DNA of 64,000 nt from Pseudomonadales bacterium (GTDB lineage: Bacteria > Pseudomonadota > Gammaproteobacteria > Pseudomonadales > UBA3067). Shown in pieces: positions 1 to 9,156 of this stretch (position 1 is its first letter; every line of letters begins with the position of its first letter). The notes below the pieces were generated by a model. The model did no database searches. It had not been told where the DNA came from and saw nothing but the letters and a program-made list of their open reading frames with translations. The stretch lies in assembly GCA_040235475.1 (NCBI GenBank), contig JBECKY010000043.1:20476-84475 (forward strand). Direction: 5' to 3'. Both the position numbers and the translations under genes were made by a program.

Positions 1-185
1 ACCGCCAGAACACCCGCCTTCAAATTGCTCACCGTTATGCCGGCGCAAGCTTCAATGACCTGACATCAAGTGATCAATTCGATCCATTTTCTGGCATGAG
101 TGTACTTAATAACACCCTTGTCAAGGTGGACAAAGCTTCTAAGGGTATGAACGTTTCGCCCCCCCTACCTAAAACCACACCCTAA
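1..185 (+). CDS. 3' end of a CDS entering from the left edge (frame 3, stop TAA 183-185); the tail resembles the C-terminus of molybdopterin (MopB-family) oxidoreductases
   Basis: Own translation of frame 3: ...IAHRYAGASFNDLTSSDQFDPFSGMSVLNNTLVKVDKASKG...*. The pattern N-x-LT ... DP-x-SG ... V-K-V recalls nitrate reductase and formate dehydrogenase C-termini. Only 60 aa are visible. Confidence 0.3.
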   Translation, partial: RQNTRLQIAHRYAGASFNDLTSSDQFDPFSGMSVLNNTLVKVDKASKGMNVSPPLPKTTP

Positions 186-630
186 ACGAATGTATTTTTA
201 CCGCATTAAATCGCTTATACCGACACATTTAACCAGCGCTTGCTTTTTAACCTACCTCTAAACGACTGTTTTGTGATCATGCGACAGGGTTTTACATAAT
301 TTTTTACATCCATAAATATATACATATTTCAACAGGTTACCATTAAAAAATAGTGCTAATACACTGATATTGGAAGAATCCCCGATAATATGTTTGTAAG
401 ATCTTTTTGAAAAGAATATGATCGGTAACCTGAAAAATAGGCTTTGCTAATTTTTCAGGTAGCTTGGGTTGGGGGTTGGCACCAGCGCTGGCTGTTTTGA
501 AATTGATAAATCTTCTGTCTTCAAGTTAAGGCGGAGCCATTTATTCTAAATGGAAATGGTTGCACCAAATTTAAACTCAGTGCCAAGACTTAAAAAAGAC
601 AATAGAAGAAAAGTAATAGAGGTATTATGA

Positions 631-2001
631 ATGAGTGAAGCCAAAATAGACTTTAATTTTGACGAACCCTTGATTAATTGGCGTAAGGCAAAGCAACTCT
701 GGCACGGTAAAAAACGTTCCATACGCGCTATTTCCACTGTTATTCGTATTGAACGCTCTTATGCGGCGCTCAATAAAAAAACCAAAGGCTGGGCCAAAGA
801 GCAATACAACCCGCTCTATAAAAAATTACATTTAAAAAATTCAAATTTACTTTACAAGCTGTGCCTTAATAATGGCGCAACCTGGGTTAAACTGGCGCAA
901 TTTCTCAGCGCTCGCCCGGATATCCTGCCCAAAGCTTATATCGAGGCTTTAAAGCCACTACAAAATGAAAACCGCAAGGTGCCATTTGCCAAACTGGAAC
1001 CCGTATTAGTACAGGAACTGGGGGCAAACTGGCGCGATCACTTTGAATATCTTGATGAGGCTCCCATCGCCACCGCCTCTATCGCACAAGTTCATAAAGC
1101 TAAATTGAAAAACGGCCAGGAAGTGGCTATTAAAATTCAGCAACCTCAAGTGCGCGACCTGTTTGATGAAGACTTTACCATTTTCCAGATTATTGCCTCA
1201 TTCCTGCAGGGCAAAATGCCAGGCAACCTGGATGTTAAACAGTTTGTTCGCCTGCTTCTTGAAATGACTGCAGAAGAACTGGATTTTCGTTTTGAATATG
1301 AAAACACCAAGGAATTTGGAGAGCTGGATCACCAGCCCCGTATTCGTGTCCCGGTGCTGGTTCCGGAACTGTGCACCAGGCGAGTCATAGCAACGCACTG
1401 GATTAACGGTTCTCGACTGGTTGAACATCTTGATCGCAGCAATAAAGAAGAAGCCAAAGATTTATTAGGTGTACTGCAAGACAGCTATATGCAACAAATC
1501 ACCCAGTTTGGCCGCTTTCAGGCTGATCCGCACCCTGGTAACTTTCTGGTAACTCCAGATAAAAATATTTTTATCGTCGATTATGGCACCATCGGGCGTT
1601 TATCGCCTGAAGAAACCATGAATTACAGCATGCTGATGATGGCTATGCTGGGCCATGTTGATGCCAACATTGGCGAACTGATGATTAAGGCCGGGTTCAC
1701 CGGCATTGATCCTGAGGTTATCGAGGAAATGTCTCAGTACGTGATCCGCACCAAGCGGCCAGCTAAAAAAGCTTCTCTGGAAGAGATCATGAATGAGTTA
1801 CTTGAAACCCTTCAGGAAGCCCATGTTATTGTTCCTGACCCATTTATTGCCCTGGGTAGAGTGATTGGCACACTGGGTGGATTCATGCAAACCTATAAAG
1901 TTAAATTCACCTGGATGCCTGCCGGCATGCAAAAGAACAGTGGCGGTAAAAAAGCCAAAAAAGAAGAAACCAAAGAAGAAACCAAAGCCAGCCAAGCCTG
2001 A
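631..2001 (+). CDS. ABC1/ADCK-family atypical protein kinase (UbiB-like, but shorter and without a C-terminal TM segment)
   Basis: 456-aa ORF. ABC1 hallmarks are present: PIATASIAQVHKAKL, EVAIKIQQP, FQADPHPGNFLV, FIVDYG. It has a Lys/Glu-rich tail, an AGAGG RBS upstream of the ATG, and a terminator hairpin downstream. Confidence 0.85.
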   Translation: MSEAKIDFNFDEPLINWRKAKQLWHGKKRSIRAISTVIRIERSYAALNKKTKGWAKEQYNPLYKKLHLKNSNLLYKLCLNNGATWVKLAQFLSARPDILPKAYIEALKPLQNENRKVPFAKLEPVLVQELGANWRDHFEYLDEAPIATASIAQVHKAKLKNGQEVAIKIQQPQVRDLFDEDFTIFQIIASFLQGKMPGNLDVKQFVRLLLEMTAEELDFRFEYENTKEFGELDHQPRIRVPVLVPELCTRRVIATHWINGSRLVEHLDRSNKEEAKDLLGVLQDSYMQQITQFGRFQADPHPGNFLVTPDKNIFIVDYGTIGRLSPEETMNYSMLMMAMLGHVDANIGELMIKAGFTGIDPEVIEEMSQYVIRTKRPAKKASLEEIMNELLETLQEAHVIVPDPFIALGRVIGTLGGFMQTYKVKFTWMPAGMQKNSGGKKAKKEETKEETKASQA

Positions 2002-2035
2002 TAGGCTTTATTCTTTTCAGCACCACTGCCACAAC

Positions 2036-2075
2036 ACGCCCTTAAGTTTTCAATGCTTAAGGGCGTTTTTGTTTT
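2036..2075 (+). terminator. Rho-independent terminator after the ABC1 kinase gene
   Basis: Perfect 11-bp stem ACGCCCTTAAG (2036-2046) / CTTAAGGGCGT (2056-2066) with a 9-nt loop, followed by TTTTTGTTTT. Confidence 0.8.
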
Positions 2076-2097
2076 ACTCCTATACTCGTTTATTGCG

Positions 2098-3849
2098 CTA
2101 AATTTTCAAAAAATACACCCAGCTCAGCAGTAAAGCCACCATCAACACTACCGAAGTTACTTGCCAGAACAGTAATGGATTTTGCTCAACCAAAGGCATG
2201 GAAACTGTTTTCAGAAAGTCTTTATTGGGATGCCTTAAATCGTAAATAAACTCAGAAATATCCCTATAACGTAGCTCAATATTGATATTGAGTGCTTTTT
2301 TTATCGCACCATCCATCCATACCGGCACCAGCGGGTTATGAAAATACGCTGGCGTGTATTGCAGATTGAGAAAGTCTGTATATTGATTGCATTCAGCGTA
2401 TTTTTTCCCATAAGGGAACTCCCCAGTGAGCATTTGATAACAGATAACCGCCAGGGAAAACAGGTCTGACTGAAACTCTGCTTTTCGCCCCATTCGGTAT
2501 TCCGGAGCAGAATAATCGGCGGTACCAAGAATATAGTCCCGTTTTATCGCCGTACTGATCTCGCCAATCCCCCCAACATAACAAGCACCAAAATCGATAA
2601 TCTTAGCAAGGCCCTTTTTATCCAAAACAATATTGCCTGGTTTCAAATCCTGATGCAGTGTTTCCCTGCGGTGAAACGCCCGTAGACCTTTCATTACCTG
2701 ATCTACAATATCCACCACAACCTGCACATCAGGTTTTTTATGCTCGGCAAGCCACTGGTCTAAAGTTTGACCCTCTATGTACTCCACCAGATAGTACAAA
2801 AATGTTCGCGGATTTTTTGGTTCAACCACTTTTACCACATGAGGGCTGTCAATCCTTTGGCCAATCCATGGCTCCATAATCAAGCGCTCTATATAGGCAG
2901 GGTCGTCATCATAATTAATCGAAGGCGCCTTTATTACCAATTTTTGCCTGGCAGGATCATGGGTGTCAGTAACAAGGTACAGCTGGCTTCGGGTACTGGC
3001 ATGGATTTCCTGCTCAATACGATAACCATCAAGCACCATTCCCGGAGACAATACTGGGGGGAAAGGAAGTTCCGACAGCTTTTTATAAGCATCCTCGACG
3101 CTACCACTTTGCAAGGTTTCAAACATCAGAATCTGGCAACTGAGGTTATCTTCACTGCCGCCTGCTTTCGCTTGTTCTATCAACAGCCGGCCAGCATCCT
3201 TGCCACCCTGTCGAAAGTCTACTATTTGTTTATTAATAAAATCCCTGTCAACAAAATCGTGGATACCATCGGTGCTGAGCAAAAACACATCGCCTTCTTC
3301 CACATCCAAAGCGGAGTAATCAATATCCATACGCACATCCATGCCCATCGCGCGAGACAAATAGCGGGTATTTTTATTGATTACTGCAACATGGTCTTTG
3401 GTTATTTGTTCAAAGTCATTATTTCTCAGACGATAAATCCGCGAGTCACCGATATGGAAAATATAAGCTGTTCTTGATTTTATAATCAAAACACTCATGG
3501 TGCTGATGTAACCTTTTTGCACATCAACAAATTGCTGGCTTTGACTGTATAACCAGCGATTTAACGCCGTTAGCACCCTATGGGCCGAGGTTTTTACTGT
3601 CCAGGCATCGGGGGTGCAATAATAATCGGCAATAAAATCCTTCACGCAGGTTTCACTGGCTTCCTTACCAGCTTCTGAGGCACTGACACCATCGGCGACT
3701 ACAGCCACAATGCCTTTGGTCGTTAACAAAGGCTCTTCGGGTACCCGCAGACCAATACAATCTTCGTTTTTTTCTTTTTTAACACCAGCATCGGTAATTT
3801 GTTCGGCACGAACTTTTACCTTACCCCTAAGATGATCTATTTGCTGCAC
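2098..3849 (-). CDS. Fused PP2C-type Ser/Thr phosphatase (N-terminal) and Ser/Thr protein kinase (C-terminal) with a C-terminal transmembrane tail anchor
   Basis: 583 aa. PP2C motifs: VADGVSASEAG, HIGDSRIYRL, LLSTDGIHDF, GGSEDNLSCQIL. Kinase motifs: LVIKAP, HQDLKPGNIVL, DFGACY, GTADYSAPE. The extreme C-terminus LLFWQVTSVVLMVALLLSWVYFLKI is hydrophobic. Confidence 0.85.
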   Translation of the reverse strand: MQQIDHLRGKVKVRAEQITDAGVKKEKNEDCIGLRVPEEPLLTTKGIVAVVADGVSASEAGKEASETCVKDFIADYYCTPDAWTVKTSAHRVLTALNRWLYSQSQQFVDVQKGYISTMSVLIIKSRTAYIFHIGDSRIYRLRNNDFEQITKDHVAVINKNTRYLSRAMGMDVRMDIDYSALDVEEGDVFLLSTDGIHDFVDRDFINKQIVDFRQGGKDAGRLLIEQAKAGGSEDNLSCQILMFETLQSGSVEDAYKKLSELPFPPVLSPGMVLDGYRIEQEIHASTRSQLYLVTDTHDPARQKLVIKAPSINYDDDPAYIERLIMEPWIGQRIDSPHVVKVVEPKNPRTFLYYLVEYIEGQTLDQWLAEHKKPDVQVVVDIVDQVMKGLRAFHRRETLHQDLKPGNIVLDKKGLAKIIDFGACYVGGIGEISTAIKRDYILGTADYSAPEYRMGRKAEFQSDLFSLAVICYQMLTGEFPYGKKYAECNQYTDFLNLQYTPAYFHNPLVPVWMDGAIKKALNINIELRYRDISEFIYDLRHPNKDFLKTVSMPLVEQNPLLFWQVTSVVLMVALLLSWVYFLKI

Positions 3850-4061
3850 TCTGTCCTCTTTATAAAAATAACGGCTTTGATCTTAATGGTTTTGCATTGC
3901 AAGAACTTTAACTGATTGGCGCCTATCAATAATATAGGTATTTTGATGCTCGGCTCACCTGCATTAGCCAGATGCAATTCACGGGCCAAAAATTTCGATG
4001 CCAGAAAATATTGAATACAGCGTTCAGTAAACGCAATGAGCCATGAACGCTTATCTTGAGC

Positions 4062-4943
4062 TCAAACCGTTTGGCGACATAAATCCATCCAATGCTCAAT
4101 ACCCGCACTGCGGTATTTGTGTTTATGCAAAATAAAATAAAAGCTTCTGCGCAAGTCCCGGTGCGGCACTAACAGCGGCACCAGGCTGCCGCGCCGAAAG
4201 GCATCCTCAAGGCTTATTTTCGACAGACAGGCAATGCCAAGCCCTGCTTCCACAGCGCGTTTAATGGCTTCGGTATGCTGAAGCTCCAGCAGGATGTGTA
4301 AATCAGGTAACAAACCATGCAAGGCGCGCTCAAAGGTTTGGCGGGTACCGGAACCTATTTCACGTAAAATCCAGGTGGCCTCCAGCAGATCGGTGTCATC
4401 CAGCTGAGACTTTTTGGCTAAGGGGTGGGAGGGCGAACAAAACACTACCAGCTCATCGCCACGCCAGGGCACTACATTCAAATCTGGATGATATTCCTCG
4501 CCTTCAATCAGGCCAATATCCAATTCAAAATTGGCAACCTTGCTGGCAATGGATGAGGTATTGCCTACCTCAAGACTCACCTTGGCATCGGGTTGCTTTT
4601 CCATAAATCGCGCCATGATACTCACCGCCAGGTAATTACCGATGGTAAGGGTCGCCCCAACCTTGAGTGGACCAATTTCTTCATGCCGCGCCAATGCCCA
4701 TTCAAGCTCGGTGGCACGTTCCAGCAATGCTTCTGCTCGCGGCCGGATTAACCTGCCAAGCTCATTGATTTGCAATCTTTTACCTACCCTATCAAAAAGC
4801 TGTATATCAAACTGCAGCTCAAGATCCTTCAGGGCGCTACTGGCTGCCGACTGCGACATAGACAAGCTATCCGCAGCCCGGGTGATATTTTCAAAGTGAG
4901 CAGCCGCAAGAAATATTTGCAGTTGCCGAAGTGTATAACGCAT
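4062..4943 (-). CDS. LysR-family transcriptional regulator, divergent from fpr (FinR-like arrangement)
   Basis: 293 aa. N-terminal wHTH LRQLQIFLAAAHFENITRAADSLSMSQSAASSALKDLE. The length and C-terminal co-inducer domain are typical of LTTRs. A divergent LysR-fpr pair is known as finR-fprA in Pseudomonas. Confidence 0.85.
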   Translation of the reverse strand: MRYTLRQLQIFLAAAHFENITRAADSLSMSQSAASSALKDLELQFDIQLFDRVGKRLQINELGRLIRPRAEALLERATELEWALARHEEIGPLKVGATLTIGNYLAVSIMARFMEKQPDAKVSLEVGNTSSIASKVANFELDIGLIEGEEYHPDLNVVPWRGDELVVFCSPSHPLAKKSQLDDTDLLEATWILREIGSGTRQTFERALHGLLPDLHILLELQHTEAIKRAVEAGLGIACLSKISLEDAFRRGSLVPLLVPHRDLRRSFYFILHKHKYRSAGIEHWMDLCRQTV

Positions 4944-4956
4944 TATTTGTTTTTCC

Positions 4957-4978
4957 GATTACTTTAATGCAAATAATC
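4957..4978. promoter_or_regulatory. Candidate LTTR operator (T-N11-A type dyad) in the lysR/fpr divergent promoter region
   Basis: GATTACTTTAATGCAAATAATC has 16 of 22 positions dyad-symmetric (GATTA-N12-TAATC). It lies 14 nt upstream of the lysR ATG and about 75 nt upstream of the fpr ATG. Confidence 0.3.
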
Positions 4979-5052
4979 TATTTTACAGGTATATTACTGC
5001 TGCCTTAAACTGCTTGCAACTGCAAATAACAGATCAAAGCGACGGAGTAACA

Positions 5053-5826
5053 ATGTCTGCCTTAATGAAAGAACGCGTAAACAGCATACACCACTGGAAT
5101 GACACATTATTTAGCTTCACCACCAGCAGAAACCCGGCATTTCGCTTTAAAAACGGCCATTTCACCATGATTGGCCTGGAACAAGAGGGCCGTCCGCTAA
5201 TGCGCGCCTACAGTATTGCCAGCGCAAATTACGAAGATGAGCTGGAGTTTTTCAGCATTAAAGTCCCGAATGGCCCCCTGACATCGAAACTGCAAAATTT
5301 ACAGGTGGGCGATGAAGTTCTGATTAGCAACAAGGCCACTGGCACACTGATTCAAGACAATTTGTTGCCAGGAAAAAACCTTTACATGATCAGCACCGGC
5401 ACTGGACTGGCGCCTTTTATGAGCCTGATCAAAGACCCGGAGCTTTATGAGCAGTATGACAAGGTGGTTTTAGCCCACGGCTGCCGCTTTGTGTCGGAGC
5501 TGGCCTATAAAGATTTTATTAAAGAGCATTTGCCCAACAACGAGCATATTGGCGAAATGGTCAAAGAGAAACTGATTTATTACCCAACCATCACCCGAGA
5601 ACCCTTTGACAATCAAGGCCGGCTCACTCACCTGCTGGCCACTGGCAAGCTCAGCAAAGATGTAGGTTTGGAACCTTTAAGCCTGGAAAACGATCGTTTT
5701 ATGCTGTGTGGCAGCCCCAGTATGTTAAAAGACTTTTGCCGAATTCTTGATGCACAGGGCTTTGAAGAATCAAGGCACGGGAAACAAGGACACTATGTGA
5801 TTGAGCGAGCTTTTGTCGAGCGCTAA
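5053..5826 (+). CDS. fpr: Ferredoxin-NADP+ reductase
   Basis: The ORF track starts at TTG 5014. I prefer ATG 5053 (MSALMKERVNSIHHWNDTLFSF...) because it has a GGAG RBS and matches bacterial Fpr N-termini. Motifs: RAYSIAS, FFSIKVPNGPLTS, MISTGTGLAPF. Confidence 0.9.
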   Translation: MSALMKERVNSIHHWNDTLFSFTTSRNPAFRFKNGHFTMIGLEQEGRPLMRAYSIASANYEDELEFFSIKVPNGPLTSKLQNLQVGDEVLISNKATGTLIQDNLLPGKNLYMISTGTGLAPFMSLIKDPELYEQYDKVVLAHGCRFVSELAYKDFIKEHLPNNEHIGEMVKEKLIYYPTITREPFDNQGRLTHLLATGKLSKDVGLEPLSLENDRFMLCGSPSMLKDFCRILDAQGFEESRHGKQGHYVIERAFVER

Positions 5827-5898
5827 CAGCCTTGCTGCTAATTTATTCTGGTAGAAACACTGCTTCTAAGCGCATGGGAAAAAGCTTGCTCAGTTAAG

Positions 5899-5929
5899 CC
5901 TGAAAAAGTCACTCCATGACTTTTTCAGG
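5899..5929. terminator. Bidirectional terminator-like hairpin between convergent fpr and hppA
   Basis: Perfect 13-bp stem CCTGAAAAAGTCA / TGACTTTTTCAGG with a 5-nt loop. The A and T runs lie inside the stem, so it could serve either strand. Confidence 0.55.
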
Positions 5930-5960
5930 TATCGAGTTAAAAGTGTAAGCACTCAGGCCT

Positions 5961-7967
5961 CTAAGCCAACAAAGGCGCTATCACCAAGCTCACAATGGCC
6001 ATCACGTTAATCAAAATATTCATTGACGGCCCAGAGGTATCTTTAAAAGGATCCCCCACTGTGTCACCAACAACTGTCGCAGCATGAACATCTGAACCTT
6101 TGCCACCCAGATTGCCTTTTTCAACATATTTTTTGGCATTGTCCCAGGCGCCACCGGCATTGGCCATCATCAGGGCCAAGAGTACACAGCCCAACAAGGC
6201 ACCTCCAAGCATACCCCCTAAAGACTGTGGGCCAAGCCCAAAGCCCACCACCACGGGCATGGAAACAGCTATAACACCCGGGAGGATCATTTTTTTCAAC
6301 GCCGCCTTAGTGGCAATATCTACACAGCGGGCATTATCAGGTTCAGCAGTGCCTTCAAGCAAACCTGAAATCTCTTTAAATTGGCGACGAATTTCATGAA
6401 TCATTTCAAACGCTGCATCACCCACGGCATTCATGGTAATTGACGCAATGACAAAGGGAATAGCCCCGCCAATCAACATGCCAATCAACACCATTGGGTC
6501 GTTCAGCATCAGACTAAATCCTTCCACATGAATTGATACGGTTTCTATATAGGCGGAGATAATAGCCAAAGCCGCCAATGCTGCTGCACCGATAGCAAAG
6601 CCTTTGCCAATAGCGGCGGTGGTATTGCCCAGCTCATCCAGTGAGTCGGTAATGGCTCGGGTTTCAGCCCCCAGCCCGCCCATTTCGGCAATACCGCCGG
6701 CGTTATCGGCCACAGGGCCATAAGCATCTATCGCCATGGTAATGCCCACGGTGGCCAGCATGCCCACCGCTGCAATGCCCACACCGTAAAGCCCCGCCAT
6801 TTGGCTGGAGACAAAGATTATCGCGGCAATGGTCAGTATCGGTATGGCAACGGACTGCATGCCCACGGCCAAACCTGCGATCATCACTGTTGCCGGGCCG
6901 GTTTCTCCCGCGTGAGCAATATCTCTAACCGGTTTGCCACCGGTATAGTATTCCGTGACCAGGCCAATAATGATGCCGCCCACAGAGCCAGCCAATATCG
7001 CTGTCCAGATCCCAATGTCTATCGGCAGTTTTTTTACCAGCACAAAGGCCAGCATAATAAACAACACGGATGCACCTATCGTGCCGATACGCAAGGCTAT
7101 TTCTGGCGATTTGCTGGCAAACAGCTTAACCAGAAAGATTCCAGCGATTGAGCAAAGCAGACCCACGGAAGCCAGCCCCAAAGGTAAAAACATCAACTCG
7201 TCTTGAGCCCCTAAAGCACTTAAGGCATCACCGGATAGTGTCGCTGCAATGGCCACGGTTGCGATCATTGAGCCACAATAGGATTCAAAAATATCCGAGC
7301 CCATGCCCGCCACATCACCGACATTATCGCCGACATTATCGGCAATAACGCCGGGATTACGCGGATCGTCTTCAGGAATACCGGCTTCAATTTTACCGAC
7401 CAGGTCAGCACCGACATCGGCGCTTTTGGTAAAGATGCCGCCACCGACTCTGGAAAAAAGCGCCACTACTGAAGCGCCCATGGCAAACCCGTGCAAGGCA
7501 TGGGAAGAGTCAGTATCGCCACCATAAACCAAGTACAGCCCACCAAGCCCAACCAGACCCAGCGAAGCCACTGACAACCCCATAATGGAGCCTCCAAAAA
7601 AGGCAACGGTTAACGCCGCAGCGGCCCCCTCATTGTGAGCGGCGGTGGTGGTTCTGACATTCGCACGGGTTGCAGTACTCATACCGATATAACCGGCTGT
7701 ACCCGATGCGAGGGCACCAATAACAAAGCAAATAGCGGTATTAATACCAAGAGAGAAATAAAGCAGCACCAGCAGCACCAAGGAAAACATTGCCAACATT
7801 TTGTATTCGGTTTTTATAAAAACCATCGCGCCCAAATGAATTTGGTCGGCAATTTGAACAATTTTACCCTCCCCCTCAGGGTATTTTTTTACCATTCTAT
7901 AAATAAAAAAGGCCATAACCAGGCCAAAGCCGCCTAACAACGGTGCTGCGATGTGACTCACTTGCAT
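5961..7967 (-). CDS. hppA: Membrane-bound (V-type) ion-translocating pyrophosphatase, K+-dependent subtype by motif
   Basis: 668 aa, polytopic. Motifs: [38 protein letters not shown] (Ala rather than Lys after GNTT is the K+-dependent signature), [22 protein letters not shown]. Confidence 0.93.
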   Translation of the reverse strand: MQVSHIAAPLLGGFGLVMAFFIYRMVKKYPEGEGKIVQIADQIHLGAMVFIKTEYKMLAMFSLVLLVLLYFSLGINTAICFVIGALASGTAGYIGMSTATRANVRTTTAAHNEGAAAALTVAFFGGSIMGLSVASLGLVGLGGLYLVYGGDTDSSHALHGFAMGASVVALFSRVGGGIFTKSADVGADLVGKIEAGIPEDDPRNPGVIADNVGDNVGDVAGMGSDIFESYCGSMIATVAIAATLSGDALSALGAQDELMFLPLGLASVGLLCSIAGIFLVKLFASKSPEIALRIGTIGASVLFIMLAFVLVKKLPIDIGIWTAILAGSVGGIIIGLVTEYYTGGKPVRDIAHAGETGPATVMIAGLAVGMQSVAIPILTIAAIIFVSSQMAGLYGVGIAAVGMLATVGITMAIDAYGPVADNAGGIAEMGGLGAETRAITDSLDELGNTTAAIGKGFAIGAAALAALAIISAYIETVSIHVEGFSLMLNDPMVLIGMLIGGAIPFVIASITMNAVGDAAFEMIHEIRRQFKEISGLLEGTAEPDNARCVDIATKAALKKMILPGVIAVSMPVVVGFGLGPQSLGGMLGGALLGCVLLALMMANAGGAWDNAKKYVEKGNLGGKGSDVHAATVVGDTVGDPFKDTSGPSMNILINVMAIVSLVIAPLLA

Positions 7968-8494
7968 AATGCCCCCTAGAGTTGATCTATCGTTAGTTTC
8001 GATTTTATCGAGAAAACTGACAACTGCATTTCCAGACCCTGGGCAAGGGAACCTCTGAACAAGCTTAAATAACGCCAGGATTCAGAGCTAACTTGTTAAC
8101 GCCTGGAAATATGACACTCGGGATTTCCCTGCTTATTTGTACTTTTTTGTTTATCCTTTAATTATCTTTACTACTTGTCTTTAATTATATTACGGACATC
8201 AAGGCCGTTTTGCAGATACTACACGATTACTTAGCACTGTGCAGCAGCACCCCGGCATTGGCAATGCACCAACGCAAAGCCGAATAATTTACAAATATTT
8301 ACTCCATTTATACCAAGCGGCAGGGTATAATGCCGTCCTTCTTTGGAGAGTGCTTGCGCTTGGCTCATTATCTGTTTTTGAATTAGCCGTCAGAACACTG
8401 GCCGCTAAAAACACAGGTAGGCATCTTTCGACTATCCCGCAATGCCCCTTTCCGCTTAGCCTTTCTGCAACAACAGTCCAATTGGGAGTTATCT

Positions 8495-9022
8495 GTGAGT
8501 TTAAATAGTGTAAGTGCTGGCAAAAATGCACCTGATGATATCAATGTCATTATTGAAATACCGGCCCACAGCGATCCGGTTAAATATGAAGTAGACAAAG
8601 AAACCGGCGCGATGTTTGTTGACCGTTTTATGGGTACGGCCATGCATTACCCCTGTAACTATGGCTACATCCCCAATACCTTGTCCGGCGACGGCGACCC
8701 TGCTGACGTGTTGGTGGTAACCCCGATACGCTTATTAAGTGGCTCTGTTATCCGCTGCCGAGTGGTTGGCATGCTGAAAATGACTGACGACTCCGGTGAA
8801 GATGCCAAACTTCTTGCAGTGCCTATCGATAAACTCACACCACTTTACAGTCATGTTTCTAACTATACCGATTTACCCGAACCCCTCATTAACCAAATTA
8901 CCCACTTTTTCGAGCACTACAAAGACCTTGAAACAGGGAAGTGGGTAAAAATTGAAGGCTGGGGCAATGCCGAAGAAGCTAAACAGGAAGTAATGGCCAG
9001 TATTGAACGCGTCCAAGCCTAG
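8495..9022 (+). CDS. ppa: Soluble family I inorganic pyrophosphatase
   Basis: 175 aa with a GTG start. [23 protein letters not shown]... is nearly colinear with E. coli Ppa. Motifs: [18 protein letters not shown]. Confidence 0.93.
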   Translation: MSLNSVSAGKNAPDDINVIIEIPAHSDPVKYEVDKETGAMFVDRFMGTAMHYPCNYGYIPNTLSGDGDPADVLVVTPIRLLSGSVIRCRVVGMLKMTDDSGEDAKLLAVPIDKLTPLYSHVSNYTDLPEPLINQITHFFEHYKDLETGKWVKIEGWGNAEEAKQEVMASIERVQA

Positions 9023-9070
9023 CCTCACACCCAAAGGCCAATAATATTTGGCCTGGTTACTAATAAAAAA

Positions 9071-9106
9071 GGGCTGGTTGCTACTGTTCACAGTAGCAAC
9101 CAGCCC
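9071..9106. terminator. Bidirectional Rho-independent terminator between ppa and the DUF2333 gene
   Basis: Perfect 16-bp stem GGGCTGGTTGCTACTG / CAGTAGCAACCAGCCC with loop TTCA, flanked by AAAAAA upstream and TTTTTT downstream. Confidence 0.9.
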
Positions 9107-9156
9107 TTTTTTATTGTGCCGCGTTTTTCGCTTATCCTTATTTTAAACCGTTATGT

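Noticed and set aside
272-287. TTTTGTGATC, resembling a CRP half-site.
   Set aside because: The partner half at N6 spacing (GACAG) does not match TCACA. Only an N5-shifted 3/5 match exists. TGTGA-N12-TCACA at 20737-20758 likewise has the wrong spacing.
476-494. TTGGCACCAGCGCTGGCT, which looks like a sigma54 -24/-12 promoter upstream of the ABC1 kinase gene.
   Set aside because: The GG to GC spacing is N11, not the near-invariant N10. The sequence is also largely the 10-bp palindrome CCAGCGCTGG.
2767-3477. A 236-aa ORF on the plus strand.
   Set aside because: It is entirely antisense to the well-supported PP2C-kinase gene, has a low-complexity and odd composition, and contains no recognisable motifs.
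6100-7937. A series of plus-strand ORFs of 66-116 aa inside hppA.
   Set aside because: They are antisense shadows of a GC3-rich membrane-protein gene. They are Pro/Arg/Ser-rich translations with no motifs.
8040-8215. A possible Rsm/Csr-type sRNA, suggested by several GGA-containing motifs in the hppA upstream region.
   Set aside because: The GGA motifs are not displayed in convincing hairpin loops. There is no GacA-box-like palindrome and no strong terminator (only a 4-bp stem before TTTT at about 8196-8216).
8239-8643. ORFs of 80-89 aa in and around the hppA-ppa spacer.
   Set aside because: They have no RBS and no motifs. They overlap each other and the ppa start, so the region is more plausibly regulatory.
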